A stretch of DNA of 64,000 nucleotides from Candidatus Sumerlaeota bacterium (GCA_030613245.1 JAUWMI010000003.1:65062-129061), one strand, 5' to 3'; counted from the first letter of the stretch, positions 8,490 through 19,068 are shown. A program made the numbers and translations. The notes: generated by a model not told the origin, from the sequence alone.

Positions 8490-10601
8490 TTGGCAGACAG
8501 GAAGGAGCTGAACTTCATGGCCATGACACCGTCCGAACCTGGCATCAGGCGAATGCAGATATGGCTGGTTGTCTTCTTCATTTGTTTTTATGGGCTCTTC
8601 TTTTCCGGTGCCTTTTATTCGAGCGACGAAGTGCTGATGGGACTGGTGACCAAGAACATCGTCGAGCATGGAAAACTCACGTTTGAAGAGACTTACGGCC
8701 AGACTTCAACAGGCTATGGAGTGGGGCAATCGCTTGTCGGCATACCGTTTTACCTGCTTGACCGACTGCTCAAGCGCATAGAGCCCACCCTGGTTCAAGC
8801 CGACGTTGGTTTTCTGCCCCTGACCAATGTGGTGATTATCACCCTGCTGTGTCTTTATTTTTTCAGACTCGTTCTCTTGTTAGTGGGAGATACAGGTGTA
8901 GCGCTGGCGAGCGCGCTGGTGCTGGGGTGCGCGACACTTGCGCTGCCTTACTCACAGACTTTTTTCTCTGAACCACTGAGTGCCCTGTGCTTTCTAGGTG
9001 CGTTCTATTACCTTGTGGCCGGCACTCGATCTCAGCAGAGGGACCTGTACGCAAAGGCCGGACTCTTTTTCGCTTTCGGCATATTGACGAAATTCTCGGC
9101 AATTCTTTTCCTGCCGCTCTATCTGCTTTTTTATATTGGCAATGTGCGACAGCAATCATCAGCGGATAGACGCATCCGCGCTGGTGTTCTCTGCTGGTTA
9201 ATCATTCCCGCGCTCCTGGCAATGATTGTTACCGGGTGTATCAACTACGGGCTGCGCGGATCGTTCTTTAAGACGGCTTATGAGGGATCGGACTTCACTA
9301 CAAATATTCTCACAGGCGCATACGGGTCGCTCGTGAGTGTTGGGCGAGGTCTGTTTATCTACAATCCTGTGCTCCTGGTCAGTCTCTTGTTTTTCCCAAG
9401 GTTCTTCCGGCGCGAGCGCCTGATCAGCCTCTTCGCGCTTCTCTTCTTCCTGCTCCAGCTCTACCTTTACGGTAAATTCTGGACGTGGCACGCAGGATGG
9501 ACGCTGGGCTCGCGCTTTCTTCTTGCTTCGATCCCGTTTTTTCTTCTTCCACTGAGCATTGGGTTGAAAGAGGCCGATGCTCAAACTCCGCTCCGGTGGC
9601 TGTTCGTGTGGGTCATAGTGGGAGTGAGCATTCTGGTGCAGCTGTTGAACGCCGTGGTGAATTCTATTGCGTACAATAACGAAATCTGGGGCTTGTTGCC
9701 GGGAGAGAATGCGTTTCTCTTCATCCCGCAGGTATCGTCGCTGGCAGGCGCGTGGTACCTGATCGGGGATGGGAAGATTCAGCTCTGGCTGTATCGGTTG
9801 ATCGCGGGGCAATTTCATTGGGTGCTCGCACTTTTTTACGTACTGTGCGTGGTGGGCCTCGGGTTCAGCGGGTCAGTGCTGAGGCGGTTGCGTGGCTGGC
9901 CGCAATTTAGGATTGTCGGGCTGCGGGATGTGTGTCGCGACTTTTTCCGGTTAAATAGATGGGTGCCGATCTGGTTGGTGCTCTTTGTTATTTGCGCTGC
10001 TGGGGTAAGAATTTTCCAGGGACCGCGAGGCCTGGTGAAGGAACATAGGAAGGGAGCTGCGGCGCAGGAAGTGACTCTGGACAAACGGTTGCGCTTTAGC
10101 AGCCCGCAAAGCAGCGGCTCTGAGGAATCCAGGCATTGGTCAGGGTATCTTGAAGCGCCGATAACTGGCACGTACGAGTTCTTTATGAAGGTTAAGGGCA
10201 CATACTCTGTTTCTTTGAATAATACCCAGCTTTTTGTGAACATAAAGGAAATCCCACAGCATCTACCCAGAGCATCCATAGAGCTTCAGCAGGGAATGTA
10301 TCCGCTCACGTTTCAGTATCAGCCGCATCCAGGCGAGAATGGATTGATGTACGTATACTGGACGATCCCGGGTGGCGGTTATTACGTGCAGCCGATACCC
10401 GGGAGGTATCTCTATCCCGAGCGTCCGACTACTCTCGAGCGAATCTGCACACGGCTGTGGCGCTATCTCTGGCTGATCGCGCTGGTGGGCGTGCTAGCGC
10501 CGGTGTTGCTCGCCACTCGCTATAGGAAAGAGTCGTGTCCACGGAATTCTGATGCGGCGGTGTCCATCACACGAAGCACTGGAGAAGATGGCAATGGCTG
10601 A
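8490..10601 (+). CDS. GT-C fold membrane glycosyltransferase (ArnT/PMT-like), 12 or more TM, with C-terminal PA14 domain
   Basis: N-terminal ~450 aa are polytopic with PMT_2-like motifs (GLVTKNIVEHGKLTFEETYGQ...). C-terminal GYLEAPITGTYEFFMKVKGTYSVSLNN...YVYWTIPGGGYYVQPIPGRYLYPE is PA14-like. It sits between oppB-like and oppC-like genes. Confidence 0.6.
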   Translation: MADRKELNFMAMTPSEPGIRRMQIWLVVFFICFYGLFFSGAFYSSDEVLMGLVTKNIVEHGKLTFEETYGQTSTGYGVGQSLVGIPFYLLDRLLKRIEPTLVQADVGFLPLTNVVIITLLCLYFFRLVLLLVGDTGVALASALVLGCATLALPYSQTFFSEPLSALCFLGAFYYLVAGTRSQQRDLYAKAGLFFAFGILTKFSAILFLPLYLLFYIGNVRQQSSADRRIRAGVLCWLIIPALLAMIVTGCINYGLRGSFFKTAYEGSDFTTNILTGAYGSLVSVGRGLFIYNPVLLVSLLFFPRFFRRERLISLFALLFFLLQLYLYGKFWTWHAGWTLGSRFLLASIPFFLLPLSIGLKEADAQTPLRWLFVWVIVGVSILVQLLNAVVNSIAYNNEIWGLLPGENAFLFIPQVSSLAGAWYLIGDGKIQLWLYRLIAGQFHWVLALFYVLCVVGLGFSGSVLRRLRGWPQFRIVGLRDVCRDFFRLNRWVPIWLVLFVICAAGVRIFQGPRGLVKEHRKGAAAQEVTLDKRLRFSSPQSSGSEESRHWSGYLEAPITGTYEFFMKVKGTYSVSLNNTQLFVNIKEIPQHLPRASIELQQGMYPLTFQYQPHPGENGLMYVYWTIPGGGYYVQPIPGRYLYPERPTTLERICTRLWRYLWLIALVGVLAPVLLATRYRKESCPRNSDAAVSITRSTGEDGNG

Positions 10602-11442
10602 GATTTCGCTATGGAGATCTGCAGCGCGACGGCTCTGCCGTAATCCTATGGCTGTGGTGGGCGGCTGCATTGTGCTGTTTCTGATTGGAGCGGCAATTTT
10701 TGGGCCCTGGATTTCACCCTATTCGTATTATGAGAATGACTATGAGCATACTAATGAGGGCCCGAGCTGGAGTCACTGGTTTGGGACTGATTATCTAGGG
10801 CGTGATCAGCTGACGCGGGTGCTGTACGGGGCGCGCATCTCTCTTGCAGTCGGCGTGGTGGCAAGCCTGATCAGCGTGGTGATTGGCGTTACGTTCGGTG
10901 GGATTGCTGGCTACGTAGGTGGTCGCACAGACGCAGTGATGATGCGGATTGTGGACATCTTTTATGGCATTCCACTGATTCTCTTTGTCATCCTGCTCAT
11001 GGTGGTGTTCCAGCCGGGGTTAAAAAATATCTTCCTTGCCCTGGGATTTACATACTGGCTTGCGATGGCGCGCATTGTGCGCGGCCAGGTGCTTAGCCTG
11101 AAAGCGCAGGATTTCGTTATGGCTGAACGCGCTTTGGGCGCATCGCACACCCGGATCATCTTTCGGCATATCATCAGCAATACTCTTGGCCCGATAATCG
11201 TAACGCTGACCCTGAGCATCCCGGAAGCGATCTTTGCCGAATCGTTTCTGAGCTACATTGGCCTTGGGGTTTCGGCACCACTGGCAAGCTGGGGCACACT
11301 GGCCGCGGATGCGACGAGTGGGATTCGTGCGTATCCGTACATGCTCTTCTTCCCGGCAGCGGCGATTAGCATTTCCATGCTGGCGTTCAATTTTCTGGGC
11401 GATGGGCTGCGGGATGCACTCGATCCGCGACACATCCGCTGA
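10594..11442 (+). CDS. ABC transporter permease (OppC/DppC-like)
   Basis: MAEISLWRSAARRL...; N-terminal oligopeptide-permease extension plus BPD_transp_1 region. The start was chosen for SD spacing (GGAGAAG). Confidence 0.8.
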   Translation: MAEISLWRSAARRLCRNPMAVVGGCIVLFLIGAAIFGPWISPYSYYENDYEHTNEGPSWSHWFGTDYLGRDQLTRVLYGARISLAVGVVASLISVVIGVTFGGIAGYVGGRTDAVMMRIVDIFYGIPLILFVILLMVVFQPGLKNIFLALGFTYWLAMARIVRGQVLSLKAQDFVMAERALGASHTRIIFRHIISNTLGPIIVTLTLSIPEAIFAESFLSYIGLGVSAPLASWGTLAADATSGIRAYPYMLFFPAAAISISMLAFNFLGDGLRDALDPRHIR

Positions 11443-11550
11443 GCAGCGCGAACCTGCGCCCGTATGAATATTACCTGGGGACACGTTGCGACGCGCTCCT
11501 ACTGCATAGCAAGCCCGATGTAGCAACACAAATTCGATGAGGCATAGTGA

Positions 11551-13830
11551 ATGAGACATTTTGTTGGCGAGGCTATTCTGGCATGTCTGCTAATCGCTTT
11601 GGTTATTCCTGCGCTCGTCTTACCCTGGTCGCTCATTGATGATGCGCTCTATTTCTTTGAAAGTCATCGTCTACTTCTTCAGCTTGGCCTCACTTCCCCT
11701 ATCACGCATCTTGACCTTTCCGCCTATGCGCAACCGCACAATCCGTGGGTAGTAAGCCGTCTTATTGGTGCTGTTGAACAGCTGATCGCCGGAGGAACCG
11801 TATGGTTGTATCATGTCTTTAGGTTGGTAAATTTTCTCATGTGTGTGGCGCTTCTGTATTTGATTGTCTTCCAGATATCCCGCGATCAGCGTGCAGCCCG
11901 GCTGGGTGTGCTGCTGTTCGCGCTCTTTTCTCCGATCCATTATAGCAGTGATTGCCAGGCCTACCTGGCGAACTGGTATCGGCTGCATACGACAGATTCG
12001 GTGCTGGTGCCCTTTTATCTGCTGATGGTATTTTTGCTTGTGCAGATCTTAAAAAGAAGCATTGCGGTGCGGACTGTGCAAGGCAGCGATGTACGAATAG
12101 GCATCGCTGCGTTAGGTCTACTCTTCCTGGCTGTGTTTGTTAAGCAGACTATCGTGGCCGTTCCGATTGCCATGGTGATCTTGTGTGTGGTGCTGGTTGC
12201 AACGCGCCAGAAAAGGCCGGTTTGCGTCTTCTGGGGCATCATGACTGCAGCAGGCATCGTCGTGGTTGCACTTGGCATGTTGATCATGCGTGTTGCGATC
12301 ACGGTTGGGGATGTCTCCTATATCGAAGAGTATTCGTTTACAAGCCGACAGATCAGCGAGGGTTTCAGCAAATATCTGTCGTACCTTATCGTGGGTATGG
12401 GTCCGCTATTCTACGTCTGCCTCGGCTCATTTGTGTATCGGTTGATCAAGAGTGTGATACAGAAGACGAGGCTGTCGGTTGTGCAGATTGGTCAGTTGTT
12501 TTTCCTCGCCCTGGCGCTGTGTGGATTGTTGATTTATACTCCATGGCCGCACTTTTTGCCGCGCTATATGCCAATTATGGTAGCGCCACTGGCAGCGTTC
12601 ATGGGAGTGGAAGGTCTGGCATTGTGGCGGGAGTGTCAGTTGGTGTTTCAGCAAATTCGGACGAGCACAGGAATCTGGCTCGGAGTTGGGGCAGTGGTTC
12701 TGGTGCTTTTTCTCGGGTTGATCTGCCTGCCTTTTGCAGGGAAAGCCGTTTGTTTCCTTCTGCTGGCAAGTGTCGTAGTGGGGCTGGTGGCTGTTGTGCC
12801 ACGCGCGGTGTCATGGCCCCAGCGCCTACGGGGACTCCTTGCAACAACGGTAGCCGTGGTGTTGTTTATGGCTGTAGGCGCATTCCTCCTGATGGGACTC
12901 ATGGCGAATATTCATTTCATCAGAAACTATACGGCCAGCGAGAATGTAAACGCGCTAATGGTAGAAGAGCTGGCAGCGCATCTGCCCGCGCGCGGGGATC
13001 TTTTTCTTATGTTGCCAATGGGTTCAGAATTGGGCGGTTCAACAGATCTTCTTTTGAAGCTTTTTCACGGCAAGCCAGAGGTAAATTCGGCGTATCTTCA
13101 ACCAAACATGGATGAGCCGATTCCTGCAGGGGCGCTGCTGCTCTATCACGCCGAGCATTCACCTGTCTTGCTTCAGGGCGGCCATAAACTTACTGTGGAT
13201 CAGCGCTCAGATGTCCGCAGTTTACTTGGGAGTTTCATTTCCACAGGATCAGCATTTGGACAGACATTTGTTACCGGGCCCAAAACGGACTATCTTGCAC
13301 GGATAGTGGTACTGCTAGACAATAGCTATATGGATCCGTCAGAAAAGGTGATGCTCACCCTGTGGGACAGTCCGGAAAAACGACGCACGCTTGGTGTCTC
13401 CACTCTTGAAGGGGCCGAGCGCCCGGGACAGAATCCAGATCTAGTCAGCTTTGCCTTTGCTGAACCGGTTCCAGTGCAGCCCAATAACTCGTATTATTTT
13501 GAGCTGACGTATCAGGGAAGGCACGGGTTGCCGGGACGCTACACGCTCTTTACGCCGGGTGACGTGTATAAACATGGCAGGGCGTACTTCGGAGGTGCGC
13601 CGCAAAAGCTAGACATAATTTTCACCACCTGTGCTGGTTGGCGAAAACCAATGGACGTAGTATGGGAAGAGCGCGAGCGAGTTGTTACCACAGTAATGGA
13701 GCCGTGGCCTCGAGTGTTGAAAAGGGCTGCACGCTGGGGTTTGCTTGAGCCGCGGTATCGTCTGCTTCGTAAAGCTCAGGCCGAGTACGGGTGGACGATC
13801 TATGAGGCGCGGGAGTCATTTACCATGTAA
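11551..13830 (+). CDS. Polytopic membrane protein, probable GT-C family glycosyltransferase with ~350-aa C-terminal extracytoplasmic domain
   Basis: Many TM helices. N-terminal DDALYF loop motif typical of ArnT/PMT-like enzymes. No ATPase genes follow the opp-like permeases. Confidence 0.45.
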   Translation: MRHFVGEAILACLLIALVIPALVLPWSLIDDALYFFESHRLLLQLGLTSPITHLDLSAYAQPHNPWVVSRLIGAVEQLIAGGTVWLYHVFRLVNFLMCVALLYLIVFQISRDQRAARLGVLLFALFSPIHYSSDCQAYLANWYRLHTTDSVLVPFYLLMVFLLVQILKRSIAVRTVQGSDVRIGIAALGLLFLAVFVKQTIVAVPIAMVILCVVLVATRQKRPVCVFWGIMTAAGIVVVALGMLIMRVAITVGDVSYIEEYSFTSRQISEGFSKYLSYLIVGMGPLFYVCLGSFVYRLIKSVIQKTRLSVVQIGQLFFLALALCGLLIYTPWPHFLPRYMPIMVAPLAAFMGVEGLALWRECQLVFQQIRTSTGIWLGVGAVVLVLFLGLICLPFAGKAVCFLLLASVVVGLVAVVPRAVSWPQRLRGLLATTVAVVLFMAVGAFLLMGLMANIHFIRNYTASENVNALMVEELAAHLPARGDLFLMLPMGSELGGSTDLLLKLFHGKPEVNSAYLQPNMDEPIPAGALLLYHAEHSPVLLQGGHKLTVDQRSDVRSLLGSFISTGSAFGQTFVTGPKTDYLARIVVLLDNSYMDPSEKVMLTLWDSPEKRRTLGVSTLEGAERPGQNPDLVSFAFAEPVPVQPNNSYYFELTYQGRHGLPGRYTLFTPGDVYKHGRAYFGGAPQKLDIIFTTCAGWRKPMDVVWEERERVVTTVMEPWPRVLKRAARWGLLEPRYRLLRKAQAEYGWTIYEARESFTM

Positions 13831-13923
13831 GGACGAGAGACGGAACACTTTTCATGCTTGCTATTGATTGTGACCTTGGCTAATGTGGGGATAAAGTATG
13901 TACAAAAAGAGAGGAGAAAATTG

Positions 13924-15684
13924 ATGAGATTGCGAAAAGTTGTTTATGTGTTATTGCTTAGCGTGGCAGTGGGCGTATGGAGCGTGCCGATCTGGGCCCA
14001 GCCGCAAACAGGAGTAAAGTACGTGGTCTGCGAGCTCAGCGGGCCGGTCAATGAGAAGGCGGACATCTATAGTTTTATTTATCCGCGCTACTACACCGTG
14101 AAGGAGTACCTCGACCTCTTTGCCAGGGCGAAGACAGATGCTGACGTTCGCGGTATTATTCTCAAAGTTCAGTTTCCAGAACTGGGCTGGGCAAAGATCC
14201 AGCAGTTGCGCCGCGCAATTGCAGACTTTCGTGAATCAGGAAAGAAGGTGTACGCCTTCCTGGAGGTTGAATCGCTGGGCGGGTATCTGGTGGCATCGGC
14301 CTGCGACCGGATTGTGCTGGCACCATCGGGTATGCTACTCATCGTTGGCTTGCGCGCAGATATCTATTATTTGAAAGGCCTCTTATCAAAGCTCGGCATT
14401 GAGGCGGACATGCTGCACATTGGGAAGTATAAGACCGGAGCGGAAACTATGGCCCGTAGCTCAATGTCGGAGGAAATGCGTGAAGTGCTGAATTCACTAC
14501 TGGATGAGCTGTACGATCAGATGGCGACGATGATCGGCGAGGGTAGGAATCTGACGCCGGAACGCGTCAAAGCGATTGTGGATCAAGGGCCGTTTACGCC
14601 GACTGAAGCCAGGAGCAATAATCTGATTGACGTCGTCGGATACAAAGATGACTTTTTGCAGGATCTGGAAACTTCTTATGGGCAGAAGATCGAGCTGGTG
14701 CGCGACTATGGTAAGGAAAAACCAGCGATGGAGCAGATGTCATTCTTCAATATCTTCACGCTATTTCAGAAGCCCGAACGTGCAGCACCTGAAGTGGGCA
14801 AGAAGAAAATCGCGCTGGTCTATGCGGTGGGGCCTGTTCTGCCAGGCTCCGGAGAAGATTATCCGTTTGCTGAGAATCTGATTGCGGCGGATGATCTGAT
14901 CAGTGATCTCCAGGAATGTCAGAAGGACGAGCAGATAAAAGCCATTGTGATGCGAGTGGACAGTCCGGGCGGATCAGCACTAGCATCGGATCTGATCTGG
15001 AAGGCAGTCAATGAGGTAAAAAAGGAGAAGCCGGTCGTGGTCTCGATGTCCGATGTTGCAGGCTCCGGAGGCTACTACATCTCGATGGCCGCACATAAGA
15101 TTGTCGCGGAGCCTGGAACAATTACGGGCGCAATTGGAGTAATTGGTGGCAAATTCATCTTGGGAGAGCTATACGACAAGATTGGGGTGAACAAGGAGAG
15201 CCTTAGCCGTGGTCAGCGCAGCCACCTTTTTTCTGAGTCCTCCAGGTTCTCAGACGACGAGCGGCAGGTGATGCGTAAGCTTTTGCGGCATATTTATGAT
15301 ATGTTCGTGGCGAAGGCGGCAGAGTCGCGTAATATGTCGGTTGCGGAGATGGATGAAGTAGCGCAGGGGCGAGCATGGCTAGGCACGCAGGCGAAAGACC
15401 GGGGACTCGTGGATGAGATCGGCGGATTGGAGACCGCCATGGAGATTGCTAAGGAACTGGCGCACATTGCTAAGGACGAAGAGATCAGCGTAGTGGTGTA
15501 TCCAAAGCAACTCGGACTTTTTGAATTTATTCAGAAGATGTTTGGCGGGCAGGCCGCCGTGACACAGCTGCTTCCCCTGAATGCGGCTGAGATTCAGCTC
15601 ATACGTCAGGCCACGGTCTTCTTTCCCTTGATGCGACGAGAAAAAGCTCTGATGTTGATGCCTTACACACTTCGCTGGGAATAG
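13924..15684 (+). CDS. sppA: Signal peptide peptidase SppA, 67K type (tandem S49 domains)
   Basis: ATG at 13924 after GAGAGGAGAAA. N-terminal TM. Two ClpP/crotonase-like S49 domains (…SPGGSALASD…). Confidence 0.8.
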   Translation: MRLRKVVYVLLLSVAVGVWSVPIWAQPQTGVKYVVCELSGPVNEKADIYSFIYPRYYTVKEYLDLFARAKTDADVRGIILKVQFPELGWAKIQQLRRAIADFRESGKKVYAFLEVESLGGYLVASACDRIVLAPSGMLLIVGLRADIYYLKGLLSKLGIEADMLHIGKYKTGAETMARSSMSEEMREVLNSLLDELYDQMATMIGEGRNLTPERVKAIVDQGPFTPTEARSNNLIDVVGYKDDFLQDLETSYGQKIELVRDYGKEKPAMEQMSFFNIFTLFQKPERAAPEVGKKKIALVYAVGPVLPGSGEDYPFAENLIAADDLISDLQECQKDEQIKAIVMRVDSPGGSALASDLIWKAVNEVKKEKPVVVSMSDVAGSGGYYISMAAHKIVAEPGTITGAIGVIGGKFILGELYDKIGVNKESLSRGQRSHLFSESSRFSDDERQVMRKLLRHIYDMFVAKAAESRNMSVAEMDEVAQGRAWLGTQAKDRGLVDEIGGLETAMEIAKELAHIAKDEEISVVVYPKQLGLFEFIQKMFGGQAAVTQLLPLNAAEIQLIRQATVFFPLMRREKALMLMPYTLRWE

Positions 15685-15754
15685 GAGAGCGGTCTGATTC
15701 AGGCTTGTAGGGCAGACACGTGAAACGAGTCTTCCGGGTAGAAGGCCTGGTCTA

Positions 15755-17023
15755 TTAGTATAAAAGATACTGCTGGCGTTTCTTCATAAACTTCTCCACA
15801 TCCGCTTTCCAGCTCTGAATGATCTCCTGAGCCGGCTTTCCTGCCTGTAAAGCACGCCGTACTGCATCGGTGCCCCATACCAGATCGAACATCTTCATGC
15901 GAGACGTCATCTCTGACCCTCCAAGAATCTGTTGATCGGGGTAGAGTTTGAGCAGAACTTCCATCATGTGTACCGCCACTTCAAGGGGGCGAACTGCATC
16001 GAAGTTTGTGATGTGGATCTGAACGCCCGCGCACTGTTGCTCCTCGAATTTATAGTATCTTGGAATAAAGAAGGTGGGCCGGAAATACACGCCGGGCAGA
16101 TGCCGGGCATTGAGCACCTCCGCCAGCTTAAATGCATCTATCCAGGGAGCGCCAATAAGCTCGAATGGCAGCGTGGTTCCTACACCCTCGCACACGGTTT
16201 GCATTTCGCCGAGTGTGCCGGTAATGGCAATATAGAAGGCGCTTTCCGGCCGAGGAATTCCCATTGATGTAGCCACCCATGGCAGGCCCGTGTGCCACCA
16301 TTTCATCGTTCGCTTCCACCCCTCCATTTTCACCACGTGCAGCTTGCAATTGATCTTGAATTCCTTATTGAAGAACATGGCGATCTCGCCCGGAGTCATG
16401 CCGTAGAGATAGGCTATTGGGTACTTGCCAACAAAGGAGGAGTATGCCGAGTCGTCGAGAATGTTGCCGTCAACGAGCTCACCGCCGAGAGGATTTGGCC
16501 GGTCAAGCACGATGAAGGGTATCTTTTTTTCAGCCGCAGCTTCCATTGCGTTGGCCATGGTGTAGATGAACGTATAGGTGCGATTGCCAATGTCCTGAAT
16601 GTCGTAGATGAGAAGGTCGAGGCCGTCGAGCCATTCGGGCAAAGGCTTCCGAGTCTTTCCATAGAGGCTGTACGCCTTGAGTCCGGTGAGCGGATCAATT
16701 ACGGCGGGGATGTACTTGCCTGCAAAATACTGACCCCAGACCCCGTGTTCCGGACCAAACAGTGCCACGAGCTGGCAGTCCGGGCTTTCGTGCAGGCGCT
16801 TGATGGTGGGCTGAAAGCGGCTGTTGATGCCGGTGGTATTTGTAATCAGGCCGATCTTTTTCCCACGAATGAGATCGAGATTTTTCTCAAACAGCATTTC
16901 GTTGCCGAGTTTCACGGCGGGCGTAGGATCTGGCACATGGGAAAGATCTGCATGCTGGCCGAACAGCGCTATCGGGCATGTGAATAGAACAATGGTAATC
17001 AGGGATTGGATGAGCTGTTTCAT
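15755..17023 (-). CDS. DUF1343 family protein (exo-beta-N-acetylmuramidase NamZ-like), secreted
   Basis: Signal peptide. KIGLITNTTGINS and LFGPEHG motifs are characteristic of DUF1343/YbbC. Confidence 0.6.
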   Translation of the reverse strand: MKQLIQSLITIVLFTCPIALFGQHADLSHVPDPTPAVKLGNEMLFEKNLDLIRGKKIGLITNTTGINSRFQPTIKRLHESPDCQLVALFGPEHGVWGQYFAGKYIPAVIDPLTGLKAYSLYGKTRKPLPEWLDGLDLLIYDIQDIGNRTYTFIYTMANAMEAAAEKKIPFIVLDRPNPLGGELVDGNILDDSAYSSFVGKYPIAYLYGMTPGEIAMFFNKEFKINCKLHVVKMEGWKRTMKWWHTGLPWVATSMGIPRPESAFYIAITGTLGEMQTVCEGVGTTLPFELIGAPWIDAFKLAEVLNARHLPGVYFRPTFFIPRYYKFEEQQCAGVQIHITNFDAVRPLEVAVHMMEVLLKLYPDQQILGGSEMTSRMKMFDLVWGTDAVRRALQAGKPAQEIIQSWKADVEKFMKKRQQYLLY

Positions 17024-17301
17024 AAGTACGCCTCCTTGTCGATATTCTTTTCACTCTATCGAGTGACATCCATGTGACAGTGTTGCTTCATAGCCACCGG
17101 GTGTTTGCCAGAATCAGACAAATTGCACATTATTCCGCTCAGTGGGTATCAGGGTAGTTTGTATCAAGCGGTGAAGAAAAGGGTCAAGCAGGAATTCAAA
17201 AAAATAGCGGGCGAGCTGAATTTTCATGCTCGCCCGCTCGGGCTGTGTCTTATTGTCCCCATCATGCTATCGCGCCTGGAAATTTCTAAATCGCTGCACT
17301 T

Positions 17302-18207
17302 CTATTCGTACAGAGTCCAGCGCGGATCCGCAGCAGTCACATCTCCTGACGGTTCAAGCTCGTATGGAGGCAAATAGACTTCAATGTCATCAACGTAAAG
17401 TGGAGCCCCGCTCGGCCCAATACTAATCATATCCGCATAGGCGGCGTAAAACCCAACGCCTCCTGCAGTCAGGAGAGCACTCCCCTCACCGGCACCAGGG
17501 TTAGTTAAGTAATCCATCCGGATAAGAGGTGGAGTACTCGCGTTTATGTCGTTAACAATCTCCTCGTACGACTTATCCACATAGGCGTCAACACGGTTGG
17601 TGACGTCAAGATCTGTGCCTGAAAAGACCAGGGTCAGGCGATACCACCCTTGGTTTGGCAGTGTTTGCTGAACCCATTCTTCTGGCGCGTTCATTGCTGG
17701 AGTATCAAAGTTTTTACGCATGCCCCAACCGGGAAAAACCAGACTCCAGCCAGCCGGGTCTATTGGATAATAGCCGAGTTTTACTCCACTGCCCCAGTGT
17801 GGGGCGTCTATGTTAGTGCGTCCCATGAGGCACGTGTCGCCACGATGCGTTGGATCGGTACTGATGCACACAAACATCTGGATGGAGACCATGTACTCGG
17901 TCCAGGTATTCTCGCCACCAACCAGGCCCCTGGTTCCGTGATTGAGCGACACGACATCGCAGCGCAACGCATAATTGTCTCCACTGGGATTTGGGAAAAC
18001 GAGTCCAGCTGGATAATAATCGTCTGAACTGACGATATTGAAAGTTCCCGCGTCGCCACCCACAAGCAGATCCGTCCAGGTCTGATCATATGTGCCGCCG
18101 CTAAAGTGCTCTTCCCAAACAGGCTGGTATCCCGCCAGGGCAATTGACGCGCTGCAAAGCATAACAAGCATCAAAAGCAGCGGCCGTTGTGCAAATGTGT
18201 GTTTCAC
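17302..18207 (-). CDS. Secreted protein, truncated paralog (N-domain only) of the 3631..5457 protein
   Basis: GTG start. Signal peptide MKHTFAQRPLLLMLVMLCSASIALA. About 70-75% aa identity to the N-domain of 3631..5457. Ends ...YVDDIEVYLPPYELEPSGDVTAADPRWTLYE* and is followed by a perfect terminator (GCGGGCGAGC-loop-GCTCGCCCGC-T7). Confidence 0.7.
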   Translation of the reverse strand: MKHTFAQRPLLLMLVMLCSASIALAGYQPVWEEHFSGGTYDQTWTDLLVGGDAGTFNIVSSDDYYPAGLVFPNPSGDNYALRCDVVSLNHGTRGLVGGENTWTEYMVSIQMFVCISTDPTHRGDTCLMGRTNIDAPHWGSGVKLGYYPIDPAGWSLVFPGWGMRKNFDTPAMNAPEEWVQQTLPNQGWYRLTLVFSGTDLDVTNRVDAYVDKSYEEIVNDINASTPPLIRMDYLTNPGAGEGSALLTAGGVGFYAAYADMISIGPSGAPLYVDDIEVYLPPYELEPSGDVTAADPRWTLYE

Positions 18208-19068
18208 GCTGTCACCTCCCTATTTGTTGTATTGTGTTTTCCTCTTCTGTAAACTCCTAGAGGAACTCAAGAAACCATATTCTGACTAGCAGACTTAAGA
18301 TTTTTGTGCAAGGGAAATCTTGCCTTTTCCTGGGTAGTTACCGCATTTTTTGCAAAGCGCCCCTTAAGAGTCCTTGCGTAGATATCAGGGATTCATTTGT
18401 ACATAGTTGAAGATGGTCATATAAATGACATTTTGGCTAGTTTATAAATTGTTCGAAACGGAAGAGAGAAGAAGTCAGGAATCAAAAGGAGGCTCCTTAA
18501 GGCAAGCGGTATGAGGCTTATAGTGCTGGACCATAATCCTCAAGCGTGAATTCTTACGCCAATAAGGTAATGGCAGAAACCGGTGTTGATATTTCAACGC
18601 ATCATTCAAAGAAGGTTTGAGATTGTTGTGGCAAAGAAAAAATAATTTGAGTAATCGTTATAGTCATAGTGGCACTGTCCCTGATAGCGTGTTTGTGGTT
18701 CAGGCTTCGCTCCCGGCCAAATCGCCTTAGGCTTCTTCAGATACACGCAAACCGTTATAATTTTTATGCCATGTTGCGCCGAGGGAAATGGCTATTGCTT
18801 TTCGCATAAATAAACAAAGCCGCTGAAGGCCTTATTCTTGTGCGAATGCTTGGTGTTAAACTGTGCCATTCAACGTGGCACGGGCATCACGCCACAGGCG
18901 CATTTTCAACTTGCCAGTGTAGATTCATCCGCCTGGGCGGATGCCACACATCGAACAAAAAGAGATTCTTGGGATTCCATAGTTGGTAGTTGTAGGGGCG
19001 TTTAATTAAACGCCCCTAACATGCTGTACCGTTATCTATACAAATCTCGATAAGATAGGACGCGGCTT

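Noticed and set aside
12183-13115. 310-aa plus-strand ORF in an alternative frame
   Set aside because: It is embedded in the 11551..13830 membrane-protein gene. The Arg/Gly-rich translation is typical of an off-frame in GC-rich DNA.
16292-16987. 231-aa plus-strand ORF
   Set aside because: It is antisense to the DUF1343 gene.
17226-17426. Short ORFs with shared peptide …LLTVQARMEANRLQCHQRKVEPRS… (also 3308..3523 and 4253..4441, minus strand)
   Set aside because: They are antisense read-outs of the duplicated YVDDIEVYLPPYEL tail module. Their similarity is a by-product of the nucleotide repeat.
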